Source of the DNA: Eledone cirrhosa
Lineage: Eukaryota
DNA length: 64,000 nucleotides
Assembly (NCBI GenBank): GCA_964016885.1
Contig: OZ024742.1
Location: forward strand, 248,620,001-248,684,000
Reading direction: 5' to 3'
The notes beneath the pieces are model-generated. The model was not told the origin of the DNA. It searched no databases and worked only from the letters and a program-made list of their open reading frames with translations. Positions 14,890 to 34,807 of this stretch are shown in pieces (position 1 is the first letter of the stretch; every line of letters starts with the position of its first letter). A program made the translations under genes and the position numbers.

Positions 14890-15480
14890 TTGAATAATCA
14901 AATCCTGCTGAGGCCAACTTTGGGTTTCATCTCATTCCAGCCTTGATTAATAAAGTTCCAGTCTAAAGTAGAGCATGCCAATTGAGGTAGGGTTATTTGC
15001 CTTATTTTTTCTGGGCACTTGAGGCCTTAGCTGAAATAGCGTTGGCGTCAACTTAGACTTTCATCTCATTCCAGATTTGAAAAATAAGACAGCGGTCATA
15101 TGTGTGAGGCAGGCGAGAATATTTAGCGCATCGTATTGGTTGAGTTGAGTTATATGTTCCGGATCATTGAGTTCTTAGTTCAAGTCTTGCCGAGGTCAAC
15201 GCTGACTCTCATCCTACCAGAGTCGAGAAATGAAGTACCAGTCAAGTGTGGGTGATCTGCATTCATTTTAAAGCATTGCATACAAAGCATAGCACAATTT
15301 CTTTCTGGATCAGTACGTTTCCGTTCACATTCTGCTAAAGTCAACATTCACTTTAAATTGATTCTGTTCTTGATAAAATAAAAGAACCAGTCTAGGTCGC
15401 CGATGAATAGAGTTTCTTAAGCGTTGGGGGAAATGACTCGCATCGTTTCTTACAGGTCTTTACGTTCTCGGTTCATATGC
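14890..15480 (+). repeat. Old tandem series of degenerate SINE-A B-box/core segments
   Basis: Repeated tcaaatcctgctgaggccaacttt..ttcatc..taaagttccagtc-like units near 14898, 15040, 15180 and 15330. Confidence 0.5.
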
Positions 15481-15882
15481 AGTCATGTCTCGTTTATTAA
15501 ACAATAAATTACGTGTCCAACGCCTGCACATTCATACAAATTAGGGTGGACAAATCAAGGGCTATGTGAAATTGTGTATAGTACAGATAGTAACAGATTA
15601 CTATTTCGAATGCTCAGGAAAATAGGTAACTCATCTCTGATGGAATAGCAAAATTATTAAAAATACGCATGAAGATAATGGTTTTCCTGGTTTTAACCAC
15701 AACTATTATTTAAAGAGATTTTAAAAATAAATTTGCGTCTACGGATATCATTACACGCCAGGGGTTTACCTTCCCTATAATCTCTTTCCAACATAACCAA
15801 TATATATAAACTTTGAGTATGTGTTGGCTGTTTACTGCCACCCTACGAATTGCGCATGTTGGTTTGTTCACTCCTGAGTAAT

Positions 15883-16249
15883 GTAAAATAATAAGTGTAG
15901 GTCAAATATGTTAAAGTTGACTTCATTCATTCCAATTCGCTGCTATATACATTTCAGTGACAGCCATTATTGGCTGTGACCTTATCAGGCAGTAAGAATT
16001 TCGGCAGAAAAAAACAGGAAAATATGATTCCACTTCCTTTGAGGACTAACAACACACCCAGGAGCTGCAAATATCGATGAATTAACAGGGTAGAACCCAT
16101 TACACTTGTTTTCCTGTTTTTTTTCTACCTAAATTCTTACTGCCTGATGAGGTCACAGCCAATAATGGCTGTCACTGAAATATATATAGCAGCGAATTGG
16201 AATGAATGAAGTCAACTTTAACATATTTGACTTACACTTATTATTTTAT
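15883..16249. mobile_element. Fold-back element, ~140-bp inverted arms, ~85-bp spacer, hammerhead-like core in each arm
   Basis: 15883-16023 is the reverse complement of 16109-16249 with few mismatches; right arm runs into (CA)n/(TA)n. Confidence 0.85.
16144..16180 (+). ncRNA. Hammerhead ribozyme-like core
   Basis: CTGATGA-ggtcacagcc-aataat-ggctgtcact-GAAA; the mirrored copy at 15988-15952 carries CTGATAA. Confidence 0.6.
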
Positions 16250-16273
16250 ACATACACACACACACACACACAC

Positions 16274-16326
<53 letters not shown>

Positions 16327-16703
16327 TATATACATTCACGTATAGATGTATCTAGATGTATATAGATGTATATAGATGTATAGATGTATATAAGTATATA
16401 TATCATAAATCATGTCCTTAGAATTATTAGATAAAATATATGCCATTTCCATTTCCTCTTCCAATTAGCATAATTAACCATATAAAAAATCGATTAGACC
16501 AAGCTATCAGAAGAAAGGCTCTTATGAAGAAATCTCCCACAAATAACCGAAAGTGGCCTCTTCGCGGTGGCCCCAATAGAGTATTTATCCAACATTTCGA
16601 CAGCATGTAGAAACTGACTAAATATACCATCAACCATACACAATTGGGTGTAAAATTAAACTTAGAAGAAATGTGTACATACCGTAATTATATCTCTACC
16701 ATG

Positions 16704-16762
16704 GTTTCATCCGTATTTTTAGAATCCAATTAATAGGAATGTCTTGAGTTAGGATTCATCAG
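16704..16762 (-). ncRNA. Hammerhead ribozyme-like core with extended stem/loop II
   Basis: Minus strand CTGATGA-atcc...(39 nt)...ggat-GAAAC. Confidence 0.55.
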
Positions 16763-16961
16763 GAGACAAACTCAAAATCACACATTTAGTTTTCCAACTT
16801 GATCGCGCCAAAATTAGATTTAAAAATGGCTAAGAATCGCTATGTCGCTGTGGTCAAGCTAGAAAGAAAGTGATTGGATGCTTACGGCGGGTAGGCTTGT
16901 CGCTAGAAAGCGCAGCCAAATATCGCCAAATTGAATCTCAACCTAACGGGAGATTATTAAA

Positions 16962-17082
16962 TATAAAGGTTTACATATACATAAAGTTATAGATATATAT
17001 GCTGCAACCGGTCACTTATAGCCTAAAAGTGACCGGTTGCAGCATATATATATATAACTGTATGTATATGTAAACCTTTATA
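16962..17082. repeat. Fold-back inverted repeat, ~55-bp arms
   Basis: atatgctgcaaccggtcactt|atagcctaa|aagtgaccggttgcagcatat; right end abuts (TA)n. Confidence 0.9.
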
Positions 17083-17083
17083 A

Positions 17084-17170
<87 letters not shown>

Positions 17171-17234
17171 TATATATACACACATATATAAGTATATGTA
17201 TTTGTATATACATATATAAGTATATATAAGTATA

Positions 17235-19200
17235 TATAGACACCATACTGTATACCACAGACAGGGAAGAGCCAAGTGATGAGGCGTGCAGAAACGGCAA
17301 TAGCGGGGGCGCTTCCATAGGTAGAAGAAATTACCCGGTAGCAGTCTCTAGGAACAAAAATAGCAACACAGCTAACATTAATGACACAGGACCGACCGTA
17401 GGAAGGACAAAGCACCCATAGGAGCCATAGCACCCAGTACGCGGAGACATAGGCCTGGCACGCACACTGCATGCTCCGCGGCAACTGGGACAAGGGACAG
17501 GACAACGACATGTACGGCCGTGGCACCCGCCAGAGAGCACACCCGGCCTGGTCGTAGTGGTACAGCACCGACAGCAGCATCACATAGGCCTAAGGGGACT
17601 AGATGTATAGCCGACCACATAGAGCGACATGCCTTAACAACTGAAGGGCATAAACCCGATGCCCACAGCGGGCACATAGATAGAGACAACACAGGAGATG
17701 TAATTGTGGATGGTCAGAGCAAGGGACGGACATCGAGTCCAGGACACACCAACACGACCCCACGCACGCGAAGGAACAGATCTAAGGCCGTTACTTGGTT
17801 TAATGCGCCTTACTCCAAAGATGTACGCACAAACGTGCCAGGACTTTTTTCCGATCGTTGGATGAGTGCTTTCTGACAACGCTCAAGTACCACAAAATCT
17901 TCAACCGCCACACGGTGAAGTTTTCCTTCTCCACAGCACCTAACATGGCCGACTACATGGCTAAAACTAATGCGGTGAAGATGGCGAGCATTGGCCGTTA
18001 ACCGCGGCGAGAGAATAACCGTTTATCGGAGCGCGGGGGACCACCCGGGGACCGGCCCTCAAGTGACAACCCGGCTCCCGAGGCGGCCGAAACGTCCGTG
18101 GAGGGTGATATGATCCAACGCCGGGAGGGAACGAGTGGCATAGGGGAGACCACCGTGTCGGTAGAACAAGACCCTGAGAATCCTGAGAGGGCCATAACAG
18201 ATTCAGGCCCAGACATCAGATGCGAAAGAACTGACAACAGAACTTGTAACTGCAGAGCGGGTACCCGGTGCCGCCTACAAGGAAAATGCCTGACAAAGGA
18301 CCTGATATACAAGGTGTTTAGTTAGAACCCAAATTGTGCAACGAACCTACATCGGCGCAACATCCACGACATTTAAATCGCGGATGTATAATCACACGAA
18401 TTCCTTCAGGGACCGTAGCAAAAGACACTCCACTAGGTTAGTGGACCTGGTGTGGGACCTGGAGTATCGTTCGGAATGTGAGGGCATACTCCGCTGGAAG
18501 TAGAAAGTGCTTATTATGCCTACACGAGGCCATGGAGGTAGTCAGACTGAAAGATGACGCGGTCAACTTGAAGTCTGAAATTATCATGACCTGCAGACAC
18601 CAGAGAAGATACACATTTTCAGCATGGAATCCTCTGGGTAGCTCAGGCCAAGCGCATGAGCCGGAGTACGCACAGACCCGAGCGGCCCAACGGGATTAAG
18701 GGACCTGACAACATACCCTGATGACATTATACGCCCTGTGTGGCAAACTTAAATAAACCAGGTGCACACCGGACCGAGCACGCAACATTGGGCAGGTACA
18801 TCGCCTATGCCGGGACCGACTAACACGGAGTCCACGGTAGTCCAGTCACATACCCCAAACATATAGAACCGCATACCCCAACCACAGTGGCATACCCCAA
18901 GGTGACCGGGCCAAGCGTCCCCATGAATGTGTACCCGTCAATCGTGAATATATACTCTCCACATATTCCACTTTGGAACAATTATTATTACTGTTAGTAT
19001 TGTTTTGTTATTGTTGTTTGTTCCATACAGGGACCTAAGTTTGCACCTCATACTACCTGTGTGTAGTATATCACATGAATACACGTACCTTCTCCTTTAC
19101 CTCCCCCCTTTTTTGTTTATCCCTGTCATGTTATATACAGATTTTAATGTATTTTAACGTATTGTAAATTTATTTTATTTTATCTTATTGTTTTTATACG
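17235..19200 (+). mobile_element. 5'-truncated, decayed Penelope-like element (Naiad-type): linker, GIY-YIG and 3' region
   Basis: WFNAPYSKDVRTNV, KIFNRHTVKFSFS, CNCRAGTRCRLQGKCLTKDLIY, YIGATSTTFKSRMYNH, CLLCLHE...KSEIIMTCRH; same motif order as the 22750-24603 ORF; microsatellites at both ends. Confidence 0.85.
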
Positions 19201-19604
19201 TGTGTTTATGTGTAGACCTGTGCGTATGTATATGTATGTGTGTGTGTATGTAGATAGATATATATATATATATATACGTGTGTGTGTGTGTGTGGGGGGG
19301 TTATGTGTGCATGTGTACGTATATGCGTGACTTTAGATATGTGTGTGTGCATGCATGTACATGTGTGTATATATGTGGGTGTGTGTATATATATGTGTAT
19401 ATATATATATATAGCTGTGTATGAGTATGTGTGTGTATGTGGGTGCGTATGTATGTATATGTGTGTGTGTATGTATGTATGTATATATGGGTATATATAT
19501 ATATATATATATATGTACATCTCACAGGAATGTGTACGGATGGATTATATATTCATTTTATTATGTATTATTTTATCATATATCTATTATATATATATAT
19601 AGAT

Positions 19605-19930
19605 ATAGATAAATCTATGAAAATATACGTCAGTGTCCAATCCGTATGAAGAACTCAATGTAATCCAAATATCATGAAATGAGAAGATGTATTCAATATA
19701 CTTTCAATGAAAAACACAGGAAAACAGAGTCAAGATAAATTAATAAAAATAATGAATAAAAACAAAGAAACAGTTACTTATATTAAAAAAATTCATCACT
19801 TTACGATCGTTTCTAGGATATATATGTGTGTGTTGGTATGTATATCATATAGATATATGTAAAAGTTTTACAAACTATCAGAGGGAATATACATACCTAC
19901 ACTTATATATGTTGTCTTCAGAAGACAGCA
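19605..19930 (-). mobile_element. Penelope-type terminal fragment with long-stem hammerhead-like core (same family as 29585-30070)
   Basis: Minus strand CTGAAGA (19921-19915), ~100-nt hairpin, GAAACgatcgt (19813-19809); gtgtccaatccgtatgaagaactcaatgta matches the reverse complement of ~30012-30042. Confidence 0.7.
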
Positions 19931-20189
19931 TATATATGCTTTCAGTCATTAGAATAAAAAATCCTGGTGTATTTATTGACAGTGGATTTTAAAAAACAAA
20001 AATATAATCTATATGAAAGTGAGGCTGGAAAAGAAAGAAGGAAAGGAAAAAGAATAAATATAAAAGTAGATAAACACACATGCACACACACAAACACACA
20101 CACGCACACACACATATACATACACGCATACATATATATATATATATATATAAATATATACATATATATACATACATACACATATATAT

Positions 20190-20230
<41 letters not shown>

Positions 20231-20657
20231 TATATACATATCCATACATACACATAAATACACAAACACACACACATATATATATATATATACACACACA
20301 TAATCATACATATATACACACGTACCTACACACATAGATACACACATATATACACGCATACATATGCACACATAAATAGATATATGTACACACACCTACA
20401 TACGCACACACACAATTAATGATAAGAAAAAATAAAAATAGAATCAATGGAGAACTATATAATGCAATAGGACGTGACATAAAAATAAAAAAATATACGA
20501 CTTGAGAAAATAAAAATTATTATAAAGTTGACAGCGATACAGGAAAGGACACAAATAAATTAACAAACACACGTGGTAAGCAATACAGACATTTACACAT
20601 ACACATACATACATATAAATATATACATACACACAAACACATACACACACATATACA

Positions 20658-20691
<34 letters not shown>

Positions 20692-20756
20692 CATATATAT
20701 ACACACACACATATATATATGATAATAAGGGCGCTGCGGAGTTGCAAATGGGTTAC

Positions 20757-20874
20757 ATATGAAAAAAGGTTTGTCCTTCATCAGTGATCTTCCAACTATC
20801 ATAGGTATTTCATCGCTTTAAAGCGATGAAATACCTATGATAGTTGGAAGATCACTGATGAAGGACAAACTTTT

Positions 20875-20882
<8 letters not shown>
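20757..20882. repeat. Near-perfect 126-bp palindrome, no spacer, 1 mismatch, between (TA)-rich tracts
   Basis: Centre ...catcgcttt|aaagcgatg...; each arm carries CTGATGA; family shared with 8779-8845 and 47480-47590. Confidence 0.95.
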
Positions 20883-20933
<51 letters not shown>

Positions 20934-21406
20934 AGAAAATACATAAATATTATATATATATAAAAATAAAAAGGTGGAAGGGGTAAATAAATAGTTGGGA
21001 ATACGACAAATAATAAATAAATAAATAGATAAAGGTATAAATGTTTATAGCTGATTTAGAGCACTCAACAAGTTCCTGGAGGAAATAATCAATGAAAATA
21101 AACATTAAATCACTCTGTATGTAATTATGCATATACATACACATATATATACACACACATACACACACACACACAACCATACAAATACACACACACATAT
21201 ATATATATATATAGGAAAAAGTATAACCCCGATGGCAGAGCTCAAGCCGTTTCGACGGCTATTATATATATATATATAAATATATATATATAAACATACA
21301 CATATATACACACACACACTAATATACACGCACACACATATATACAAAAAGTTACGTCACTACCTTAATAAAAATACACACACACATATAAACACACACA
21401 CACACA

Positions 21407-21439
<33 letters not shown>

Positions 21440-21445
<6 letters not shown>

Positions 21446-21578
21446 GACGTAAAATAAGAAAATTTTAAAAATTAAAAATTAACTTACTTACTAAAATTTT
21501 CACTCCAACTATTTTAGTGAAAATTTTAGTAAGTTAAATTTAAATTTTTAAAATTTTCTAATTTTACGTCTTTCATAT
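21440..21578. repeat. Fold-back inverted repeat, ~63-bp AT-rich arms
   Basis: tatgaaagacgtaaaat...aaaattttcact / agtgaaaatttt...attttacgtctttcata; left end abuts (TA)n. Confidence 0.8.
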
Positions 21579-21683
21579 AATTGTTCTGCATCCTCGTGCA
21601 TTGAACCACCTAGGTACTATTACATAACTTATGTACTTGCTAGCATCAGTGTACATCTGTACGCATATGTTCGTAAATATACT

Positions 21684-26197
<4,514 letters not shown>

Positions 26198-26248
26198 TCT
26201 CTCTCTCTATATATATATATATATTTTATGATATATATATTTTTTTTA

Positions 26249-26308
<60 letters not shown>

Positions 26309-26580
26309 GCATATACATACAGATATATATAAAATTATATACACATACATATATATATACATATATATACACATATACACAACACATGCATACACACAGA
26401 AATAAATATCTATAAATAAAAAAGCTGGGTATGTAAAGGGTAAGGTAGAAAGTAGGGGGGAATAAGGAAAATAAATAACATAGGAAAAAGTTTAAATATA
26501 AGGGGAGATAAGGGAGAAAAAGAATATAAGGGTACAGAAAGTGAGTTCAGAGAGTAATAAAAATAGTAGTGGATGTAATG

Positions 26581-26634
<54 letters not shown>

Positions 26635-27639
26635 CCTTCGTGAGCCACCTTTTTTTTAAGTAAAGAAATTCAAACACACACACACACAACACACACACAC
26701 ACACGCACACACACACAAGCACACAAACAAACATACATATCTTTACTTTCTTTATTCAATAGAAAATCTAAATTCTGACACCCCAGCGAACTAACCATAT
26801 TCACTGAACCAGAACAATTCTCCCATCCCTTTCTCTTGACCATTATCTTTCCCTTATCACAAAATTCTCTAAAGAGGCTACAGAATGGATTTCCAAATAA
26901 GGACACGAAAATTTAATGAAAACTTGTTCACGTGACAGCCATAATTTCATTTATAACCAACCAAAAAAAAGCCTACGTGAGCCCCTTTTTTCAAGTAAAA
27001 AGAAATTCAAACACTCATATATGAAAAAACAACCTGTGACAACCCCCCCCCCCCTCTTATTTGAAGAACTATTGTAACGCGAACTGGCGCGAAATTTATT
27101 ATAATTATTGACAAACCAATCAAATTACTTCTCGAAAAACCTGGCATTTCGAGCCACTTTTTCCATATAAAACAAGTAACATTCAGAGACCAACCAGATG
27201 TGAGAAAAACCACAGACCCTCCGTCTCAACTCACCTTTTGAAAAGCAGAAGAACTGCGAAACCGGTAAAGGAACCAAATAAATATATACATATTTTTTTT
27301 TTAAATAAGACTCCAGTTGCATTTTCGATTTCATCTCTTTTTCTTTATACTTTCACTCGTGTAGGACACCTCGGTTATTTTTCATTTTGTAAAAAAAACC
27401 TCACTTTCTAATATATATATATATATATATTTATATGTTTATATATATATATATCGTGAGGAACAAATATATAGTCTTTAAGTTAATTTCGGTTAACTTC
27501 TAGTCGAGTTAAACTTCTGCAGAAGTCGAAAAGAAATGGAATTTTAGGAAGAGTCCAGGTAAATATGTATGTATGCAACGAATTCGAGGACCCACTAAAA
27601 CGAATATATATATACATTCTAAATTCTAAAGTTTGTCTC

Positions 27640-27880
27640 AAGCTAAAAGGCTCATTTGGCCGGTGCTTATCCGGGTTTCATTGCCGGAAGCGACCGAGAG
27701 TGCAAGACCACCCCCCCCATCTCGACAGGATGCCAGTCCAGCGCAGGTGTAAACCACCAGCTATTTCTGGTACTCACTTTCATCTAAGTTTACTGGAGCA
27801 ACGGGAATTAAAGTGTTTTGCTCAAAAACAACACCCAGACCAGGAGTCGACCCCGCACTTACCACTAGGCCACGTGCTTC
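27640..27880 (-). mobile_element. tRNA-derived SINE with CORE-like central domain (family B)
   Basis: Minus strand gtggcctagtggtaaag..ggggtcgactcc..gtgttgtttttgagcaaaacactttaa..ctgcgctggactggcatcc. Confidence 0.6.
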
Positions 27881-28854
27881 CACATACATATATACATTAT
27901 AAGTATACTGTATATATGATAGAATAAATATTTAATGAAATAGGGTATTTTTTGTTTAATTCAAATTTTTACTATCGTGTATACAATGGAGATTATCATA
28001 TATATTATTTCTTCTATGATCAAGTGTAACTCGCCATTCTTCTCCATTCAGCTGGTGTATTTTCTTCAAACAGTCATATGATATTTGTTAGAACATAGCG
28101 TACCTTTATTCACATATCTCGAGATACTTCTTTGATATCAGTATTGCTTGTTCTGGCTATAGTACTGCATTATTGAAAACAGACCTTTATGAAATTATTT
28201 GTCAACCATCTGAGAGATTCACTCGTGTCCAAACTGGAATATTGTTATATCGTGTATCTATAGGATATTGTGAATATAAATATCAAATATAGAAATACTG
28301 CAAAATATTGGATTATGCGGTATAATTCTTTTATTGCGTTACAAAACACTAGATTTATACTTGTGAGGCAACACTACGACTGTATGATGTCCATCCTTTT
28401 CCGACTTCTATCAAGTATACGAAATACATACACTTCATAAGAATATGTCTATATACTTTTGTATGTATGTCTTCTTCATACATGCACGCACACACTCAAA
28501 TATATATATATATAAGTATATATAATGTATATATATATATATAAATATATATATGTACATATGTGTATGTGTGTGTGTAAATATATGTACATATCTGCGA
28601 GCACATAGGATAGACACAAGCACACACACGTAACAACGACTATGACACACCTGGAATCTCTACCTCAACCCCAATCCTGAATGCCAGACCACTCACCCAC
28701 CAGCCCCATCCTTCCTAAAAGCTTTTTCCAAACCGCGATTTTCCAACACTTTCATTGTCCGAAGCTCCTATAGCTCCTCCCAAGCATGCTAGCAGAAGAG
28801 TTAGTGTTTTTCCATCTCTCTGTTCGTTTTGTCATATATTCAACTATACATATA

Positions 28855-29131
28855 ATGGCTTTGTGGTTAGGGTATTCGACCTACAAATGTAAGGGCGCGA
28901 GTGCGATTCCGGTGGCTCGTTTTCTCCTTTAGCAAGACACTTTATTTCAAGAGCTGTACTTGTAATGCGAAGGGCCAACCATGTCATATTCTGTATCACG
29001 CTGAATCTCCATGAGAACTACGTTAAAGGTACGCTTGTCTGTGGACTGCTCAGTCACTTGCATTTTAATTTCTCCAGCAGGCGGTTCCGTTTACTGCAAC
29101 ATTCGCCGTCGCAGCCGACGGAGTGTCAACA
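28855..29131 (+). mobile_element. tRNA-derived SINE with CORE-like domain (family C)
   Basis: tggctttgtggttagggtattcg (A-box-like), gagtgcgattcc (B-box-like), agcaagacactttatttc, ending ccgacggagtgtcaac; a very decayed inverse copy may lie near 37685-37830. Confidence 0.6.
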
Positions 29132-29156
29132 TGTATATATATATATATATATATAT

Positions 29157-29404
29157 ATATCAATGATATTAATAAATGGAAACTATATTTATAAAACCAT
29201 ATTTATTTTGTTATATATATTTCAAGGGTACCAAAATGTTGGTACGCTCTCATCCATCAGATAAAATACAAATTTGTTTTATAAATGGTGACATACCCAA
29301 GAAACCAGACCTTATCGGTACCTTATTGGTACCCTTGAAATATATATAATAAAATAAATATGGCTTTACAATATCGTTTCCATTTATTAATATCATTGAT
29401 ATTA
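29157..29404. mobile_element. Fold-back element, ~78-bp arms, ~90-bp spacer, degenerate hammerhead-like core
   Basis: atatcaatgatattaataaatggaaac..tttcaagggtaccaa / ttggtacccttgaaa..gtttccatttattaatatcattgatat; minus strand CTGATGgatgagagc-gtaccaa-catt-ttggtac-cctt-GAAA (29260-29220). Confidence 0.8.
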
Positions 29405-29493
29405 AACTCCAGAAAAAATTGTAGAGGGCTTCGAATCTGTTATAAATAAATTTGTTGAATAACCAACAAATTAAATATCTTTTTGCTTATATG

Positions 29494-29526
<33 letters not shown>

Positions 29527-29529
29527 GTA

Positions 29530-29584
<55 letters not shown>

Positions 29585-29591
<7 letters not shown>

Positions 29592-30070
29592 TAAACAAAT
29601 AATGAACAAACAATTCCTTATATTAAACAAAAAAAGTTCACTATTTAACGATCGTTTCTAGGGCATATATGTGTTATAATTGGTATGCATATTTAACAGA
29701 TCTATGTACAAAATTATACAAAATTATACAAATTATCAAGATTAAATATACATACCTAACTCATATATACACCGTCTTCAGAAATAATTGTATAATTTTG
29801 TATAATTTTGTACATAGATCTGTTAAATATGCATACCAATTATAACACATATATGCCCTAGAAACGATCGTTAAATAGTGAACTTTTTTTGTTTAATATA
29901 AGGAATTGTTTGTTCATTATTTGTTTAATATTTTATCTTGACTCTGTATACCGTTTATATTTCACCGAAAGTGGATTTTCATTACATCTCTTCTTTCCAT
30001 GATATCCGGAATACATTGAGTTCTTCATACGGATTGGACACTACCGTAAACTCTTGGTAGATTTATCTAC
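29585..30070. mobile_element. Fold-back element, ~145-bp near-perfect arms, long-stem hammerhead-like core, between (TA)n tracts
   Basis: 29585-29730 is the reverse complement of 29788-29935; minus strand CTGAAGA (29781-29775)...GAAAC (29658-29654); right arm extends to 30070. Confidence 0.9.
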
Positions 30071-30106
<36 letters not shown>

Positions 30107-30125
30107 ATATATATGTATACATATA

Positions 30126-31641
<1,516 letters not shown>

Positions 31642-31656
31642 TATGAATATATATGT

Positions 31657-31691
<35 letters not shown>

Positions 31692-31780
31692 CAAATACAC
31701 ACACATATATATATGTATATATATCTATATCTATCTATTTATCTATCTATATATAGATTTATATATATATACGTGTGTGT

Positions 31781-31896
<116 letters not shown>

Positions 31897-32279
31897 GTGT
31901 GCGTGTGTGTAGACCGTGTTATATAAGGAAAATGGTAATAAAAGAAGGTTCGAGAAGTGCACCTAGTATATATATAAAAATTGAGTTTGGCGAAGCTTAC
32001 CTCCTCCGTGTTGGATATTCAAAACATTTCATATTAGGATAGTTTTTTTTGTTTTTTAGTTAAGACTCCTGCATGTTATTTTTCGGTTGCATGGGTCGCT
32101 TATGTCCTTGCTAAAGTAAGGGATACAACTGTGTCTTTTTTTGTTTTTTTTTTGTAGTCGCTTATGTGTAAAAAGATGTCTTTAATCTGTGACAAGAGGC
32201 GTAACTCTACTTTCCTTTAGTGTTAAAAAAATATTTTGTTGTAAGTGAGTTCAAACGTGGTTTGAATTCTCTGATAAAC

Positions 32280-33055
32280 ATTTTCTCGGTTAATTCGACC
32301 TTGTTCTCTGGTTTCATAATAACATCGGTACATTGTGAAAACATCAACGCTTGGTAGCGTTTTTCCTCCGCAGTATTTTGTATGTTTGCTTAGAGAGATC
32401 TTTCTAGTATACGGGGTTCTGATTTACTGTCTGTGGACTATCATTCTTTGTCGGACTGTCTGCAACATCTGTCCTACTTAATGATCGTGGCAACCTCCGC
32501 CGGATATGACATAAATTAAATTTTACGAGTTGCACGAGAAGTTAGTCTTAATTTTAAAGACGTGTCCATCTTTGAAATGAAATTCATGGCCTTCCAATAG
32601 GTGGTTGCACATTCTGCAATGAGGTCGGTTGCTTCTTTTCGCCTGAGGTTCTGTAATTCTGATTTGCAGCTCTTAAAAGTAGGGTATTTTTGTAAGAAGC
32701 TTTTCATTTTTTTTTTTGTCTTTTTGTAGTATAGGTAGGTTTAGTTGTATGTGTGTATAGATTGTTGTGTGTTGGGAGTTGAAGGTTGAGATGTATGGTA
32801 TGGCATTTGTTTTCCTTTTTCGGTATGTTTCTCGAAAGACCTGATTATTTTTTTCTGCTTTTTGAATACTACCGTTGATTAGATTTAGAGGGTAATTTCT
32901 CTTAATGAGTATATCCTTCATCTCATCTTGTCTGTGGTCCCTTGTTGTTATATTTGAAACTATTGTGCAGATTTAATTAGCTAGGTTAAGTGGAATGTTG
33001 GTGCCTGTATAAACTGGATTAGCAGATGTGAAGAGGAGGTACTGCCAGGAGTCAA
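32280..33055 (-). mobile_element. Decayed Penelope-like element (Neptune-type) RT C-terminus/linker/GIY-YIG fragment
   Basis: MKDILIKRNYPLNLINGSIQKA, IPYISTFN; homologous in motif order to 57900-58790. Confidence 0.7.
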
Positions 33056-34200
33056 ATGTATATATCTATATATACTTTCAAATAGGTAAGCGGAGAATCC
33101 AAAAGTATGTCTAAAAACGTATAATACCTAACAAACTCTAGACTTTAAATAATGCCTAATGTTCGCAAGTAAAATCTCTCCACCATTGCCATTGATTGAA
33201 ATACTCAAACTGTCAGGTAATCAAACACATCTAAAATATCGGAGTTATTTACTATTGTGATCTATGTGGATAATGTTTGGATATGTACTATACATGTCCA
33301 CGTAGAAACAATTAAGAGCCTGCTTCGAATAGAAGTCAGAAGCGGTTGTAGAGGATGCAAAGCAGATTAATCAGTACCTGACTGATATCTGTGAAAGAAA
33401 ACAACCATCATACCTGTGACAGGGCTTGCAATCGTGCAGAATAGCAATGTATCGCCATACAGCGCTCCATAATGGGCAAAAAAAAGTAAAGAAGGAAGAA
33501 TGTTCTAGATTCACATTCGACTAGAGGATTCGTTTCATTAGTTCAAAAATCATATACGTAAGACCAATTTATCCAATGCTTCTCTTAGTTTAAAGATTAG
33601 AGTTTGTCATTTGAGTTTGGTTTTGCTGCTATCTGTAACAACAGGTCAAGTGACTAAACAGAGACAAATCTTTGGTGCTCTCCTGTTTCCCACTTCTGTG
33701 TAAATGTAGCTCAAACTAGATGTTAAAATTAATTAATTTAACCACTAGATATTTGTTCATTACAATATTAGTAGTATCACACATACATCTACCCTGACCA
33801 TAATACCATATGAGCTAGTGTCAGGTTCCACGAACAGATTCCTGCAACACTTCCTAAGTCATACTAACAGTATTAAGTTGAGTTATGTGAGCAGAAGAAA
33901 TGGTTAGATGAGTAAGAAGGCGAATCCGAATGAAATCAGAGATCGGTGGGTGTGAAGATATTACTGACAGTGTGCAAATTTTTCCTGATTAAATTATATC
34001 AACACAATAACTACAATAGATGGAACGAATTGTGATAAGGTTTTACAATTCCTAATGTGCAGGAACATAAGATCAGATTATAAAATCGTCTCCAAGATAG
34101 AACACAGCAAAATATACATAGACATTATTACACCTACAATTTTACACAACTTAAATACGAACATTCTTACGTAATTGTAAACATACACCGAGGGTGGTTT

Positions 34201-34250
<50 letters not shown>

Positions 34251-34331
34251 AGTGTGTGTGTGTGGGTGCAGTGTGTATTTACTTTTGGATTTATGGATGT
34301 ATATGTATATATTAATGTATGTAAAAGGTAA

Positions 34332-34449
<118 letters not shown>

Positions 34450-34747
34450 AGAGAGAGAGAGAGTCAGAAGGGATATAGATTGATAGAGATAGAAAGAGAG
34501 AAAAAGAGAAAGAGAAAGAAACTGATTTGGTGGGCAGTAAAGCCTGAGAAATTTTTACCGTATGTGTGGTAGTTTTATAGCCAGAGAAATTTCTTAGAAG
34601 AAGGCGGCGATAATTTCATCAGAAGAAGTAACAAAATGGCGGATATCAGAATGAAAGAAATGTCAAAACTAAATTACTGAACGCCAGTCCTTTTAATGGT
34701 GGTTAGCTCAGAACATACAGATACTTGGACAGGCACATATTCATAGA

Positions 34748-34807
<60 letters not shown>

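Noticed and set aside
17275-17297. gTGATGAggcgtgcaGAAAC hammerhead-like string
   Set aside because: First core C missing, no convincing stem II, and it lies in the GC-rich linker-coding region.
26630-27410. ~47-bp direct repeat (26631, 26967) with minus-strand ORFs vaguely like a LINE C-terminus
   Set aside because: No diagnostic motif recognised; family cannot be assigned from sequence alone.
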